From Eledone cirrhosa (lineage: Eukaryota), in assembly GCA_964016885.1 (NCBI GenBank), contig OZ024743.1, forward strand, positions 256,742,001 to 256,806,000: a DNA stretch of 64,000 bases, written 5' to 3'. Both the position numbers and the translations under genes were made by a program. Of this stretch, positions 1 through 13,000 are shown one piece after another. Below the pieces are notes generated by a model, which ran no database searches, had not been told where the DNA came from, and worked only from the letters and a program-made list of their open reading frames with translations. Within the stretch, counting starts at the first letter, position 1; each line of letters opens with the position of its first letter.

Positions 1-24
1 TCACAAAAAGCAATTTTCTGCTTC

Positions 25-190
<166 letters not shown>

Positions 191-434
191 TGAATGAAGT
201 AATTCCATTAGAAAGGTACAGGAAAAAGAGTGCTCTATGTAGGCTACAGAGCTTATTAGTTATGTAATAAACAACATGAGATAATTATGTCATTTACCAG
301 TGGTTACTTGAAACCAGATATATCTGTTTTCAATTGTCAGAATGAATAAAAGATGGTGTTTTTATTAAATATGGATTTGAAAACAAAATATAAGAAATAT
401 GAAAGTGAGGCTGAGGAAGCAACGGGCGAAGAAG

Positions 435-680
435 AGAAAAAAAAAAGGAAAAAAAGAAAACAAGAAAAAAAGAAAAAAAGAAAAAAAAGAAAAAAAGAAA
501 AAAAGAAAAAAAGAAAAAAAGAAAAAAGAAAAAAGAAAAAAGAAAAAAAGAAAAAAAGAAAAAAGAAAAAAGAAAAAAGAAAAAAAGAAAATAAGAAAAA
601 AAGAAAAAAAGAAAAAAGGAAAAAAAGAAAAAAAGAAAAAAAGAAAAAAAGAAAAAAAGAAAAAAAGAAAAAAAGAAAAA
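435..680. repeat. A-rich (GAAAAAA)n-type simple repeat
   Basis: Runs of 5-7 A punctuated by G; accounts for the K/R-rich and F-rich ORFs at 330-836. Confidence 0.95.
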
Positions 681-959
681 TACATATGTATATATAAAAA
701 CAATAAATATATAAACATACACACACTCAACCACGCGCATATACTTAAAAAGTACGTAGAAGTAACTTTGTCACATAAGCGTATATGTATCTATAGGCAT
801 GGACAAAATACATACACATACATATACAAGAAGTAATAAGAAAAAAAAAATAAATGAATAAGAACAAAAAATACAAAGTCAAAAATAAAAGATACGTGTT
901 GACAACGATAAGTGAGAGGAGGGAAAAATAAAAACAATTAAAAATATACAAATACACGA

Positions 960-1151
960 GGTGTACATATACATAAATATATATGTATATAAAATATATA
1001 TACACATTTATATATATACACACATACATACACACACACGCACACACACACACACAAACATGCACAAATACTCATACACACGTATAAAAACACATACAAA
1101 AATGTATGTGTATATACATATATATATATATATATACATACATATATATAC

Positions 1152-1183
<32 letters not shown>

Positions 1184-1382
1184 ATATATACATATATATA
1201 TACATATATATATATATACATATATATACATATACATATATATATACATATATATATATATATATGTGTGTGTGTGTATATATATGTATATATATGTATA
1301 TATATATATATTTAAAAGAATAGAGGTGTAATTATATATATATATGTATATATATATGTATGTATATATATATATATATATA
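960..1382. repeat. (TA)n/(CA)n microsatellite block
   Basis: Directly visible. Confidence 0.95.
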
Positions 1383-1529
1383 GTATCATCATCATCATCA
1401 TATCTGTTTAGTATCCATTCTTACATGCTTGCATGGGTTAGACGGGTCATCCATGCCAGGAAGCAAATCTGGTCAGCGTTGACAATGTCACACCATGCTT
1501 TGGCAAATACAGTACATTTGACTGGATAT

Positions 1530-1830
1530 TACAGTTAGAGACCATAATAATAAAAATGCCTTCTAATTGATGTATCTATCCCAACATATGACAATGTATC
1601 TACCAAGGAAATGGAAAAAAACTATCTAAATATAAAGATCTAGAGATAGAAATAACATGAATGTGGATGATGAAATCACAAACAATCCCTAGCATAACAG
1701 GTGCTCTGTAAATTATAAAAAACAAACACAGATTCATAACCGAAACTGCAGAGCTATAAATATATACAGCATACAAAAAGTACCACTACTTGCCACTGCG
1801 CACAGAACTGCACTCAGTAATGCAGTGAGA
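1530..1830 (+). mobile_element. Decayed R4/Dong-type non-LTR retrotransposon 3' fragment (restriction-like endonuclease)
   Basis: Translation across stops and frameshifts gives CLLIDVSIPTYDNVSTKEMEK/LSKYKDLEIEIT*MW..TIPSITGAL..IQKVPLLATAH, typical of the R4/Dong REL C-terminus. Confidence 0.7.
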
Positions 1831-1854
1831 ATGCACATTAAGAATTCACTTGGG

Positions 1855-2760
1855 GTCACTGTGTTACACCTGGTATCACAGTGTTACATTTGGTGTTACA
1901 TTGGGTGGCACATTGTTACAGTGTGTGTCACAGGGTTACTCTCACGTTAACACTGTTATTCTCATTGTATCTGTGTGACATTTGCTGTAACAATGATACT
2001 TTTGGTGTTACAGTGATACTCTTGGTGTCAGTGTTAAATTTGGTGTCATAAAACCTTGGCTGGTGGGACAGAACACAGCAAACATTCTGATTGGCACCAA
2101 ACATCAGAATTTATCCAACAACTGCATGAGAACATGTTGGAACACCCAGGCAAGAGAATTGAAGCTTCAGCAAGGGAAATGGCTATTGCAGCTTCCACCA
2201 TGAAGCTGACATTGAATGAGGACCTCTGCTATCACTCATACACTCATAAAGGCCAAATTCTTACAGAAATGGCTCAAGAAAACCGTCACACAAAGTGTTA
2301 TATTTTGCGTCACAGTGTTACACTGGAATTCAATGTTACACTGGGTGTCACAGTGTTACATTTCATGTCACTGTGGTACAATTTGTGGAAAAGTGTTACC
2401 CTTGGTGTCATACTATTACATTTGTTACATTTGGTGTCACATTTTTTAAGTTAGTGTCATAGAGTTACTCTATCAGTGTCAGAGTGTAACACTGTGTATC
2501 ACATTGTCACAGTGTTACATTGAGTGACACAGAGTTACACTTGGTGTCACAGTGTTACACTTTGTGGAACCGTGTTACATTTGGTGTCACGATGTTACAT
2601 TGTGAGTCACATTTTTACATTGAGTGTCACAGAATTACTCTTGTTTTCACAGAGTTACAGTTGGTGTGACAATGTTACATTTGGTATCACAGTGTTAAAT
2701 TTGGAATCACAGTGTTTCATTTGTTGTCACAGTAATACATTTGGTGTCATGTATTTACAA
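1855..2760. repeat. Degenerate ~20 bp minisatellite (consensus ~TTTGGTGTCACAGTGTTACA)
   Basis: Dozens of diverged units at 1855-2050 and 2288-2760. Confidence 0.85.
2060..2287 (+). mobile_element. Tc1/mariner-superfamily (maT/DD37D-like) transposase HTH fragment
   Basis: HSKHSDWHQTSEFIQQL..LEHPGKRIEASAREMAIAASTMKLTLNEDLCYHSY..KGQILTE matches the N-terminal HTH pattern of maT-type transposases. Confidence 0.6.
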
Positions 2761-2974
2761 TGAGTTTATATATAGTATATATATATATACATTATATATA
2801 GGATATTTGTATACGTATATATCGTATATGGTACGGTGTGATCCCGTAACTCCTGAGGAGTCTTTTCTAGGGCATTTTTAAAACCTGACAGAGCTCTCTC
2901 CAGAATACAGTAGATTTCATCCAGAGAAGGTTATAGAGAGAGTGATAGAAAGGAAGTGAGAAAGAGATATAGAG

Positions 2975-3130
2975 GAAGAATCGACCCCAGTACTTGACTG
3001 ATACTTTTTTGAATGGATGTAAAAGCAAAGTTGACCTCAGTGGGATTTAAACTCAGAGAGCAGAGACCCGAAATGAATACTACAAAGCATTTCATCCAAC
3101 ATTCTAATGACTTTGCCAATTCGATGCCTC
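2975..3130 (-). mobile_element. tRNA-derived SINE (old copy)
   Basis: Reverse complement has A-box TGGCA.., B-box-like GAGTTTAAATCC and the central CTTTGC.TTT.CATCC block shared with other copies in the window. Confidence 0.75.
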
Positions 3131-3160
3131 TATATAGTGTATATTTATATATGCATATAT

Positions 3161-3345
3161 AATTGTTTCTACTTTAGGCACAAGGCCAGCCATTACCCAG
3201 TGCATTACTGGTACTTTATTTTATCGACCCCGTAAGGATGAAAGGCAAAGTCAACCTCGGCGGGATTAGAACTCAGATCGTAAAGGGACGTAACTATGCT
3301 GGAAATCATGGCGTCTGACCCTCCACCGATACTACCAATCCACCG
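3161..3345 (-). mobile_element. tRNA-derived SINE with Meta-domain-like core (young subfamily)
   Basis: Close reverse-complement match to the SINE at 56821-57004 (core GCCTTTCATCCTTACGGGGTCGATAAAATAAAGTACCAG). Confidence 0.85.
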
Positions 3346-3656
3346 TATATATAATATTATTTATTTATGTTCATACACAGAACAAAAATGATACCGAAGG
3401 TTTCAAGGACCAAATTTGACCACACCTCCAGAATACAAGAGGCACAAAATTTGTAACAATTCTTCAGGCGCTTATACGAGTGTAAGTGCCCGAGGAAAGG
3501 TCAAATTTGGCTCTTGAAACGATGGGTACCGCTTTTGTTCCATGTATAAACATAAATAAATAATATATTTCTGCTTTCTTTCTGATTGAGCATGGCTTTC
3601 CTTTTCACACTTTTGGATATTGCTACATATACATATACATACATATATATGTGTGC

Positions 3657-3748
<92 letters not shown>

Positions 3749-3796
3749 ATTTTGCAATACACTGTATGCTTAATTAAAAGCATTTCGAAGACCTTA

Positions 3797-4027
3797 TGCT
3801 ATTGTTTTAGAGTAGTGACAGTCTCACTTACTTTAATTTTCAGCAAACAGGGGAGATAAAGCTGACAGCCCTGTTTCGCATTTTTTTATGCTTATCCTCC
3901 TGTTTGCTGCAAATCATGGATGTTTCATTCTTATAGAATTCTAGTAAATAATCAGGAACTGATTATACTGAGCGATTGTCAGTCAAGCAGAAATTGAAAA
4001 TTAGAATTGGTGCTCTGAAATAGCTAT
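3797..4027. mobile_element. Fold-back PLE-terminus remnant with 3' half of a hammerhead ribozyme
   Basis: 3841-3862 is inverted relative to 3890-3909; minus strand reads gcat-aaaaaa-atgc GAAA cagggct GTC (stem II, GAAA, stem III, GUC) but lacks CUGANGA. Confidence 0.5.
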
Positions 4028-4373
4028 ATATATATGAATGTATATATAGTGTATTTTGCAATACACTGTATGCTTAATTACTTCCAAAGAGGTCCGACGG
4101 ACCATTGATTACAGAGTCAGGCTACATGGATACAGATGGAACCGTGAGCTGATCAATAGCGAAACATGAGTCACGAACCAATAAACATAATGAAGGAGTA
4201 ACCATTCGTCCTTGTTTTATTTTAATACACTACACCCTGTCTAGCTCAATACCGACGTGAACCTAAACATTGGGTGCTCACGCGGTTGAACCTACAGTAA
4301 CTCCGTGTTACAATCTCTGGATATCATCATCATAATCATCATCATCATCATTTTACGTCCGCTTTTCCCTGCT

Positions 4374-4410
<37 letters not shown>

Positions 4411-4601
4411 ATATCCCTCGCTGCTTGTGTTGGAATTAGCCTTCCAATATTCTTAGCTGGGATTTCAAAATGTTTATCTATTAAAATTACTGTATATCTT
4501 TAGATATACGAAAGTCACCTACATATATATAAACAGCTATGTTGAAGCTGAATTTTCATTTTCTCTCTCTCTCTCTGTATATATATATATATATATATAT
4601 A

Positions 4602-4918
4602 TAATAAAGTTAAATAAAAGTCAAATGATGAAAATTTAGCTTCGTTTATTACTGCTATATGTATTTCAGTGACAGCCATCTTTGGCTGTGACCTCTTCAG
4701 GCAGTTTGAATTAGTATGGTATAGACAAGTACATATGTTGTTTAGGTGTATAATATTGTCAATACTCTGATATGCCCAGTTCCTTGTTGGGTTGTTAATT
4801 CACTGAGGAACTGGAGTCATATGACTCCAGTTCCTGAAATATGGCTGTCACTGAAATATATATAGCAGTAATAAACGAAGCTAAATTTTAATCATTTGAC
4901 TTTTATTTAACTTTATTT
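4602..4918. mobile_element. Fold-back PLE-terminus element
   Basis: 4602-4678 is the reverse complement of 4842-4918; a 28 bp perfect palindrome GGAACTGGAGTCATATGACTCCAGTTCC lies at ~4806-4833; flanked by (TA)n on the left. Confidence 0.75.
4651..4705 (-). ncRNA. Type I hammerhead ribozyme motif
   Basis: Minus strand: actgc CTGAAGA ggtcacagcca-aaga-tggctgtcact GAAA tacata TA gcagt; 5 bp stem I, 10 of 11 pairs in stem II, minimal stem III. Confidence 0.8.
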
Positions 4919-5077
4919 TACACTACTCCGGAGTAACCAAACCAACCTGCGCACTTCGTCGAGTGCTCCAATCTGCATACTAAGGTGTTGGTACACAGAG
5001 AGAGAGTGAGAGGGAAAATTATAATTGTGTGTGTATATATATATACACACATATATATATATATATATACATATATA

Positions 5078-5371
5078 AAAATTAGGTAGTAATATGTGCT
5101 TATGCCTTATGTGACTAAATAGAATTAGTCTTAGTTGGGATTAAAAAAAAACCCTTCTGAATGGTGTGGCAAACCAAAGATGTGAGTTCGTGTCCATGTA
5201 CGTCAATACTCATCCTTTTTTCCATTCAGAGGGTTTTTTAAAAACCCAACTAACAGACTAATTCTATTTATTCAAATACGACGGAAGCACATGTTACTAC
5301 CTAATTTTCAAATTTGCTAGCTGTTTATAAACAAAGCCTGCGTATACCTCTATATTTGTATACATATACAT

Positions 5372-5405
<34 letters not shown>

Positions 5406-5407
5406 GT

Positions 5408-5485
<78 letters not shown>

Positions 5486-5493
5486 ATATATGT

Positions 5494-5561
<68 letters not shown>

Positions 5562-5712
5562 GCGTGCGTGTATGTGTGTATGTATATGTATATAAATATA
5601 GAGGTACACGCAGGCTTTGTTTATAAACAGCTAGCAAAATTTGAAAATTAGATAGTAACATGTGCTTCCGTCGTATTTGAATAAAAAGAATTAGTCTGTT
5701 AGTTGGGTTTTT
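5078..5712. repeat. Three alternating-orientation copies of one dispersed repeat end
   Basis: 5078-5165 inverted vs 5222-5310; 5240-5362 inverted vs 5590-5712 across a (TA)n/(TG)n tract; a related copy at ~28795-28890. Confidence 0.7.
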
Positions 5713-7067
5713 ATATATATATCTATTAAAATAGCAGATTAAAGTTTAAGCAAAGAATCGCTGCTTTCACCCTTAATGGGATCTTCTGAAACTAAAAAAA
5801 TTAATCTGTGAACGCAGAAGTAAATATTTCGAAAAACGTTGCAGCTGAAGGAAAACAGGAAGACGATACTTTGGTTCGTGAAGACGTTCCCTGGCAATGA
5901 ACGAAAAAAGCAAAGATAATACGTCGTTATGTTGAGAGATGGGAACAATTACACTCAAAGACAAAACCCCGTTTATGGTATAAATGAAGTCGTAGACTAA
6001 TATTCTATTTAGGAAACACACACATACACACACACACACACACATTTATATATACACACGCCACATATCCATATATGTATATAAAAATATAAACACAATT
6101 ATATAGTTAATCAGTTAACATATCCAGAATATTAAAATTCAACTTGGAGACGCATAAGATACTAGTTCAGTCATTAAAACTAATACAACCTCTACTATAT
6201 CTCAAAATATAGATAAACTATACCAGGATTCACTGAAATTACAACAGACTAATACAATATAAATATGCAAGTTGCTCAAATAGTTGAATGTACTTTATGC
6301 CGCAAGGAAGAAGATAAGAATATATATATTGAAGGTATCAGTGTCATTTACTGTTTAATAACATTCAAGATAGATTAGCTGGAATATCTCACAAATTCGT
6401 TACATCTTACAGTCACATGCTATAGTAAATGAAGCACTTAGAAACTCAGATAAAAGAAAAATTCAAAGCATTTGTAGTGTCCTAGTTTTATGATTGCTGA
6501 AGAATTTTCAACAAAATTATTATCAGGATTCTTACTGTTGCAATTTGTGATCGATTTCAAGTGATTTTAAATGAAGATAATGATTAATCCTGATTTATGA
6601 ATTCAATACATGTATATGTTATAATGTATATGGATTGTAGGAGAATTGTGCTTTCATATATCCAGTCCATGCACATTTTGAAGGTTTCCATCTTGCAGGG
6701 GAAATCACAGCTATAATTCTAAATAAATATTAGCAAACATATAATCACACATAGGCACACACTAAAAGAACATCATAGAATCATAAACCATCATTTATGT
6801 ATAGTAATGTAGCTATCTATGGGATATATATTATGTGATATAAATATAACCTGAAATCATGGAATGATATATAATTTAGAATAACTATGTAAGTACACAC
6901 TTATGTATGTTTAATTCAGAGTGTTAATGTTTATACTAAATAGTTTATCTATCCATAGATGAGATCTTATTTTCTCATGGCACCTTGGGGACGTGTCTCC
7001 CTCCATAAACATTAGCTTGGAATGTTAGTGAAATTTGGCAGGTGGAATGAGCAGACTATCATATATA

Positions 7068-10000
7068 TCTCTATATATATAAAGTGAAGATGGGCATTGT
7101 TTGGTGTTCCGAACTTGCATGCTACACCGTTCATCCAATTTTCATGAAACCTCACACATATATAGAACTCAACGCGTAGAGTGGAATAGGCTACTTGAAA
7201 TTTTCGAAAAATCGATAATTGGGCCCTATGACAATGTTTTTCGATTCCAATGACATTTTATGTGAATTCGAACACAAGAACTCTTAGTTTACATCTGGCG
7301 CAATAAAAATAAATTTCATATGCCCATATAAGGACGTGCGTTATTGATTGGACAGCCAGATGCATGTCTTCCCAGCTGTCTCAGTAAACGACCGACCATT
7401 AAAGAGTTTATCTTTTCATATTCCACCTTATTCAAGTGGAAATACAGTATTATCCCTATCTGAAAAGGGAACCAAATTTAATGGTGTCTATTGTGATGCT
7501 AAAAGCTGTGAGTAAATTTTCAAACAGTCTTAAATAATCATGCTTTTTGAAAAAAATGTTACTAAATAATACGTTGACCAAGTTGTATTGTACACATACA
7601 AAGTTGTAAAAAATATTACGTCCGTACCAATGTTTTCCTTTTTTAAACAAAAGGTTCTAAAAAATTACTTAATTTATAATACTACTGTTACAGTCTTTTG
7701 CACAGGAAGTGAGTAATTTTTCGGGTGTTTAAACGTAAGTTCACCAGGGTTTGTGTCTTCATTATTAGCCCCCCTCTAATGGCATTTTTTGTTCTGCTTA
7801 CGAGTAAATGTTATGAGCGTATTTGCAATTAATTGCGCACACGTGCACACCTGTATGCAGATAGACACTGGGAGCCAATAAAAAATCGATAACTTGCTTA
7901 TTAAGATATCGGTCAAAAAGAGAGATTGAATGTACTTTAGAACATTTTTTGAATATATTGTTCTTTTTGGCATGATATGTCAGAAATATAGCTACTATAC
8001 ACTTTGGTTATTTTTTGTAACTAAAAAACGGTTCCTTTTGAGTGGATACTTAACGAGAAAAATCCTAGGGTTTTGGACAAGTTTGTTTCAGGCGCTGTTA
8101 TAGACGCCTATTTTGTCACACCTTGGTCATGAATTCGTATTCTTTTCCAATAGATATTTTCCGCTCTATAAGGCTCACCATGATATAAGGCGTATCATTT
8201 AAAATCAGGTCCGCGCAACGGCGTGTAAGGCCAACCAGGAAAATGCTATCTTCTTTACTTTTAGTCTAGATCTATTACTTCTGTTAGAGCCGTGCTTGAT
8301 TACCATTGTATTATTTATACATAAGGCTCACCGGAGTATCAAGCGCAGAGCTGTTTTTTGATTAAATTTAATTATTTTAAGTGCAATTTATAGACCGGAA
8401 TAGACGTCTTTCCCGGCTGGTTGAGTCACCAACATCACGTACGACAAGGCTTGCTGATGTTCGCCTTCGTTTCCAACAAGCGCTGGCGGAGGAATCACCA
8501 ACATCCCGTCAGACGAGGCTTGCTGGGGTTCGCCTTCATTGTCAACAAGCACTTGCAGAGGAGTCCACGGCAGACAGAGACAACAGGCTTGCTGCTAAGC
8601 GTTCCCGGCATACGTTAACTACTACTACCAAGAGCTCAGGCTGGGTAAAAGCAGCCTTCAGATATAACCCCTCTGAGGATTACGGACTTCTGCCTACTAT
8701 TTCCATCGGTAAAATGGATAATGTCTGTACATCCTGCAACGCAATGAAGTGGCCAGGCGAGACGCCTTCTATGTGTTGTGCAGGAGGTAAGGTGCAACTT
8801 GGAGCATTGGCTGACCCGCCATACGTTCTTATGAATCTACTTACAGGTGACGACACTACGGCTACAACGTTCCGCCGTAACATGTGGAAATACAACTCCT
8901 GTTTCATGATGACCTCCTTTGGTGTAGACAATAACAACACCAACAACAGCGTGAACCCCAACAACAACGTTTTCATTACATTTAGACTTCAAGGCCAATG
9001 CTACCATCGCATGGGTAGTCTTCGTCCGCGTCCAAATGAAGAGCCAAAGTTTCTGCAGGTTTTCTTTTTGGGTGGAGGTGAGGCCGAGATTGACCAACGC
9101 TGCAAGTTAAACGAGGGTGTAGATAGGCGAATAATAGCAGGTCTGCAGACAATGCTCCATGTGACTCATCCCTACGTCACGATTTCAAGTTTGCCTTGGA
9201 ACAAATTGAAACCACGCCGAACATCAAGGTGATTATAAGGGCTGACAGGCGACCAGCTGGCGAGCATGCCCGTCGTTTCAATGCACCAAATACCAATGAG
9301 GTAGCAGTGATTTTGGTTGGCGAGGAGCACGGTAAACGCGATATTGTCCTTCAGCACCGTGACAGTCGGCTGGTGTTTGTCACAGAGACACATAGATCGT
9401 ATGATTGCCTTCAGTATCCTCTTTTATTCCCCCACGGAGAGGACGGATACAATTTTGCTCTTCGTCATGTAAATTATTCCAATGGTAGTGAATCACGGAA
9501 ATCCATTTCATGCATGGACTTTTATGCCTACCGCTTTATGGTAAGGAGTGGAGATTTTAATCAGCTTCTTCGATTCAGGCAGCTGACGAATCAATACATT
9601 GTGGATATGTTTGCCAAAATCGAGGCAGAACGTCTGCTTTTTATTCGATTCAAACAAAGGAAACTGCGTGCGGAGGAATACATCCATTTACAGGACGCCC
9701 TGATTCGTGATGGCTATGCCGGAAACGTTGGACAACAGGTGATCCTTCCATCAAGTTTCACAGGATCCCCTCGGTATATGCACCAAAGAACTCAGGATGC
9801 AATGTCTTGCGTTCGTAAATTTGGCAGGCCTGATCTTTTCATCACTCTCACTTGCAATCCAAAATGGGAGGAAATTCAAACCTACTTCTTCCGGGGCCAG
9901 GTGAGTAGTGACATGCACGATCTCATAGCCAGAGTCTTCGAGCAGAAGTCCCAACCTACTACACCTGGGCACATAATAAATGGACCAGGCGCCGACAGGG

Positions 10001-13000
10001 AGCACGCGTTCACGTGAACGGAGAAGACGTTTTTAAAAGCGATGCCATCGGGAGGGTGTACACAGTGCATCCAAATTACCATGAGTGCTTTTATTTACAT
10101 ATGTTGCTGCACAGTGTTAGGGGTCCTACTTCTTTCACTGAGCTACGGCGCATCAATGGCAAACTCTGCACTACGTATAGGGAGGCATGTGCCAAACTTG
10201 GACTCTTGGAAGATGACGCTCAATGGGATCAGACTCTGGAGGAGGCTAGTGCCTTCAAAGCACCAATTCAACTGCGCCAGCTGTTTTCGATCATGCTGAT
10301 GACATGCGGTTTGAGTGACCCCTTAAACTTTGGGAGGCACACAAAACAGCATGGCCGAAGACTTCCTCCGCCGACTTCAGCGTCAGGACCCTACGGCTGG
10401 GTTTGAATATAATTCTGCTATCTACAACGAGGCCTTACTCGACCTAGATAAACGAGTCCAAGCAATGGGAGGTCAGGGCGTCGCTACCTTCGGTTTGCCC
10501 CAACCACAGCAAGCATCCAGTTCATTAAACATCGAGTACATGCGCGAGGTTAGCTACGACCAGGTGCATTTGGCAGCTTATGTACAGCTCAACGAGCCTC
10601 GACTTTTGTCAGACCAGAGGACTGCCTACAACATGATAATCTCCAGTATTGACTGCTAAGTATTTTTTTTCTTTATTCTCCGGCGGGAACAGGCAAAACC
10701 TTCGTCATCAACTTGCTTCTGGCTAAAGTTAGGCAATGCGGACAAATTGCTTTAGGAGTGGCCTCCAGTGGCATAGCGGCAACCCTGATACATGGCGGTC
10801 GTACAGCCCATTCATTATTTAGGCTACGCTTAGATTTATCCAAGAGGGAATCGCCCACCTGCAATATCAGTCGCGGCTCGACAAAAGGCAAAATTCTGAA
10901 CGAGTGCAACCTCATCATTTGGGATGGGGCGCCAATGAGCCATAAAGGCGCCTTTGAGGCTCTCGACCGTACCCTTCAGGATCTTAGGCAGAATACACGG
11001 CTTATGGGTGGCGTGACAGTTTTGCTTACTCGGGATTTTCGACAGACCCTTCCTATTATTTCGAAAGGAACCCTTGTTCAGGGCAGACGAGGTGAACGCA
11101 GGCATCAAGTATTCCTACTTGTGGCAAAATATAAAAACGATGCATCTTACAACTAACATGAGAGTCCATTTTAGTGGTGATGAAGAGACCGCGGTGTTCT
11201 CCAGGCAAATATTGGAAATAGGCAATGGCACTATAGTTGGCGAAAATGACGGTCCTATATGTCTTCCGTTTGGGCATGTTGTACCTAAAGCCGAAAATCT
11301 CATGTCAACGGTGTTTCGTTACCTACCCAGAAATTACACTGATCCCGATTGGCTGAAGCAGCGCGCAATCTTAGCGCCGAAGAATTTCACTGTGGATGCA
11401 TTCAATTTTAGACTCCTAGAACAACTCCCTAGTGATTTCATCAGTTACAAGTCCATAGACTCTGTTCCCAACACGGACGAGGCGGTGCATTACCCGGTTG
11501 AATTTCTAAACAGCCTTACACCACAAGGACTTCCCCAGCATAACTTGCTACTTAAAAGAGGCTCTCCAGTTATGCTGTTAAGAAACTTAGACCTTCCGAA
11601 ACTTTGTAACGGAACGCGGCTGACCATTTAGACCATGATGTCAAAAGTCTTAGAGGCTACTGTCTTAAATGGACCAGCCAGTGGTGAGGATGTCTTCATA
11701 CCCAGAATACCGCTCATTCCATCCGATATGCCCTTTCAGTTTCGACGACTGCAATTTCCATCGAAATTAAGCTTTACAATGAGCATTAACAAGGCGCAAG
11801 GGCAGTCATTGCAGGTGGTTGGCTTAGAACTTTCTGAACCTGTTTTTTCACATGGCCAGTTGTATGTTATGTGCTCAAGGGTCGGGAGTCCACAAAGCCT
11901 CTTCATCCATGCTCCTGAGGGCAAGACACAAAACGTCGTCTACCATGAGGCGTTAGAGGATTAACACATGGTTACCCTCACACGAGCCCTTTTTCACTGC
12001 GAAACGTCAAAGCTTATCCACCAAAACTTATCCATTCTTCTAAGCTGCTGTACTTTCTGCTTTACAAAAACCTCATCTATCTCTAACATCTTCTACCCTG
12101 GGGCCAATTCACCATTCAGGGCCTTAAAGCATCCCTTCGCGCACGCCGTTATCTATCAGCTTCATTGAGCATCACAATCCGGCAACCGAAAAACGCCATT
12201 CTTCTTGCCCCCATTTATCGCGACTCCCGCCATGCAAAATACGTCTAATTTATCAGGATTATCCATCGTAAATCTCTTTACATTAGCGCTCACCATATTC
12301 AGCAAAAATTTTATGACGATTCTTCCATTTCTTATATACGGACTATCAAGACTATACCGCCGCGCATCATCCTGTATTGCGCCCTGTCTTCTCAAGCGAT
12401 CATCGAGCCTCATTTTGGCCGAGAAGCATCATGTGTAGCATCGCGTCTTCTAAAGCGATCAACATGCCATCCACTGTCCTCACAATTGACTCACAACTCC
12501 TCATCTATTCCCTGCGACACCCCTAAACATCATCAGCATGGCTTATTTTTCTGCCATGTTTAACCGGCCCTAATTCTAGGTCATAAACAACCAAACCGCA
12601 TGTCTATTTAAATTAATGGTCAAAATGTTCAGCAAAACAATTATACCAATTCTTCCCCTTCACTTCCAAGGCCTAGCCATTATATCTTATAGGTCGCGAT
12701 TCGCAATTTCTACGATTTCAATATTGACACAACAATCCGTCAGGTTTTTCGGCACATTTTGCTCCGATAGGAATATCAACGTGATTTTCACTTAATTCGT
12801 AAGTGTTCAATCTTCCGTATGCTTTTATTTTTTTATACAACACCGACTACAATCACCTAACTTCACTTTGTAGGGTAGACGCGAATCACAAGGGGAACAA
12901 TCCTGTGATATACAACACCACCAAATTCTTTGGTCTACCTAGATTTCAATGGCTATATCCTTTTCTTTTGTACGGTTGTACATTTGACAATGTCGCAAAA

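Noticed and set aside
330-836. Lys/Arg-rich and Phe-rich ORFs
   Set aside because: They are translations of the (GAAAAAA)n repeat in several frames; not a gene.
938-1538. YI/HT/CV-repeat ORFs here and at 3.5-3.9, 5.3-5.7, 25.9-27.2, 36.9-37.3, 54.5-55.8 and 60.8-62.6 kb
   Set aside because: Dinucleotide microsatellites lack stop codons.
6060-6500. Possible highly decayed GIY-YIG/PLE fragment (VECTLC..IYI)
   Set aside because: Too degenerate to support by eye.
8155-8350. Pogo/Tc2-like TIR motif (ATTTTCCG..CTATAAGGC.CACC) inside the Helitron
   Set aside because: No clear partner TIR or TA duplication identified.
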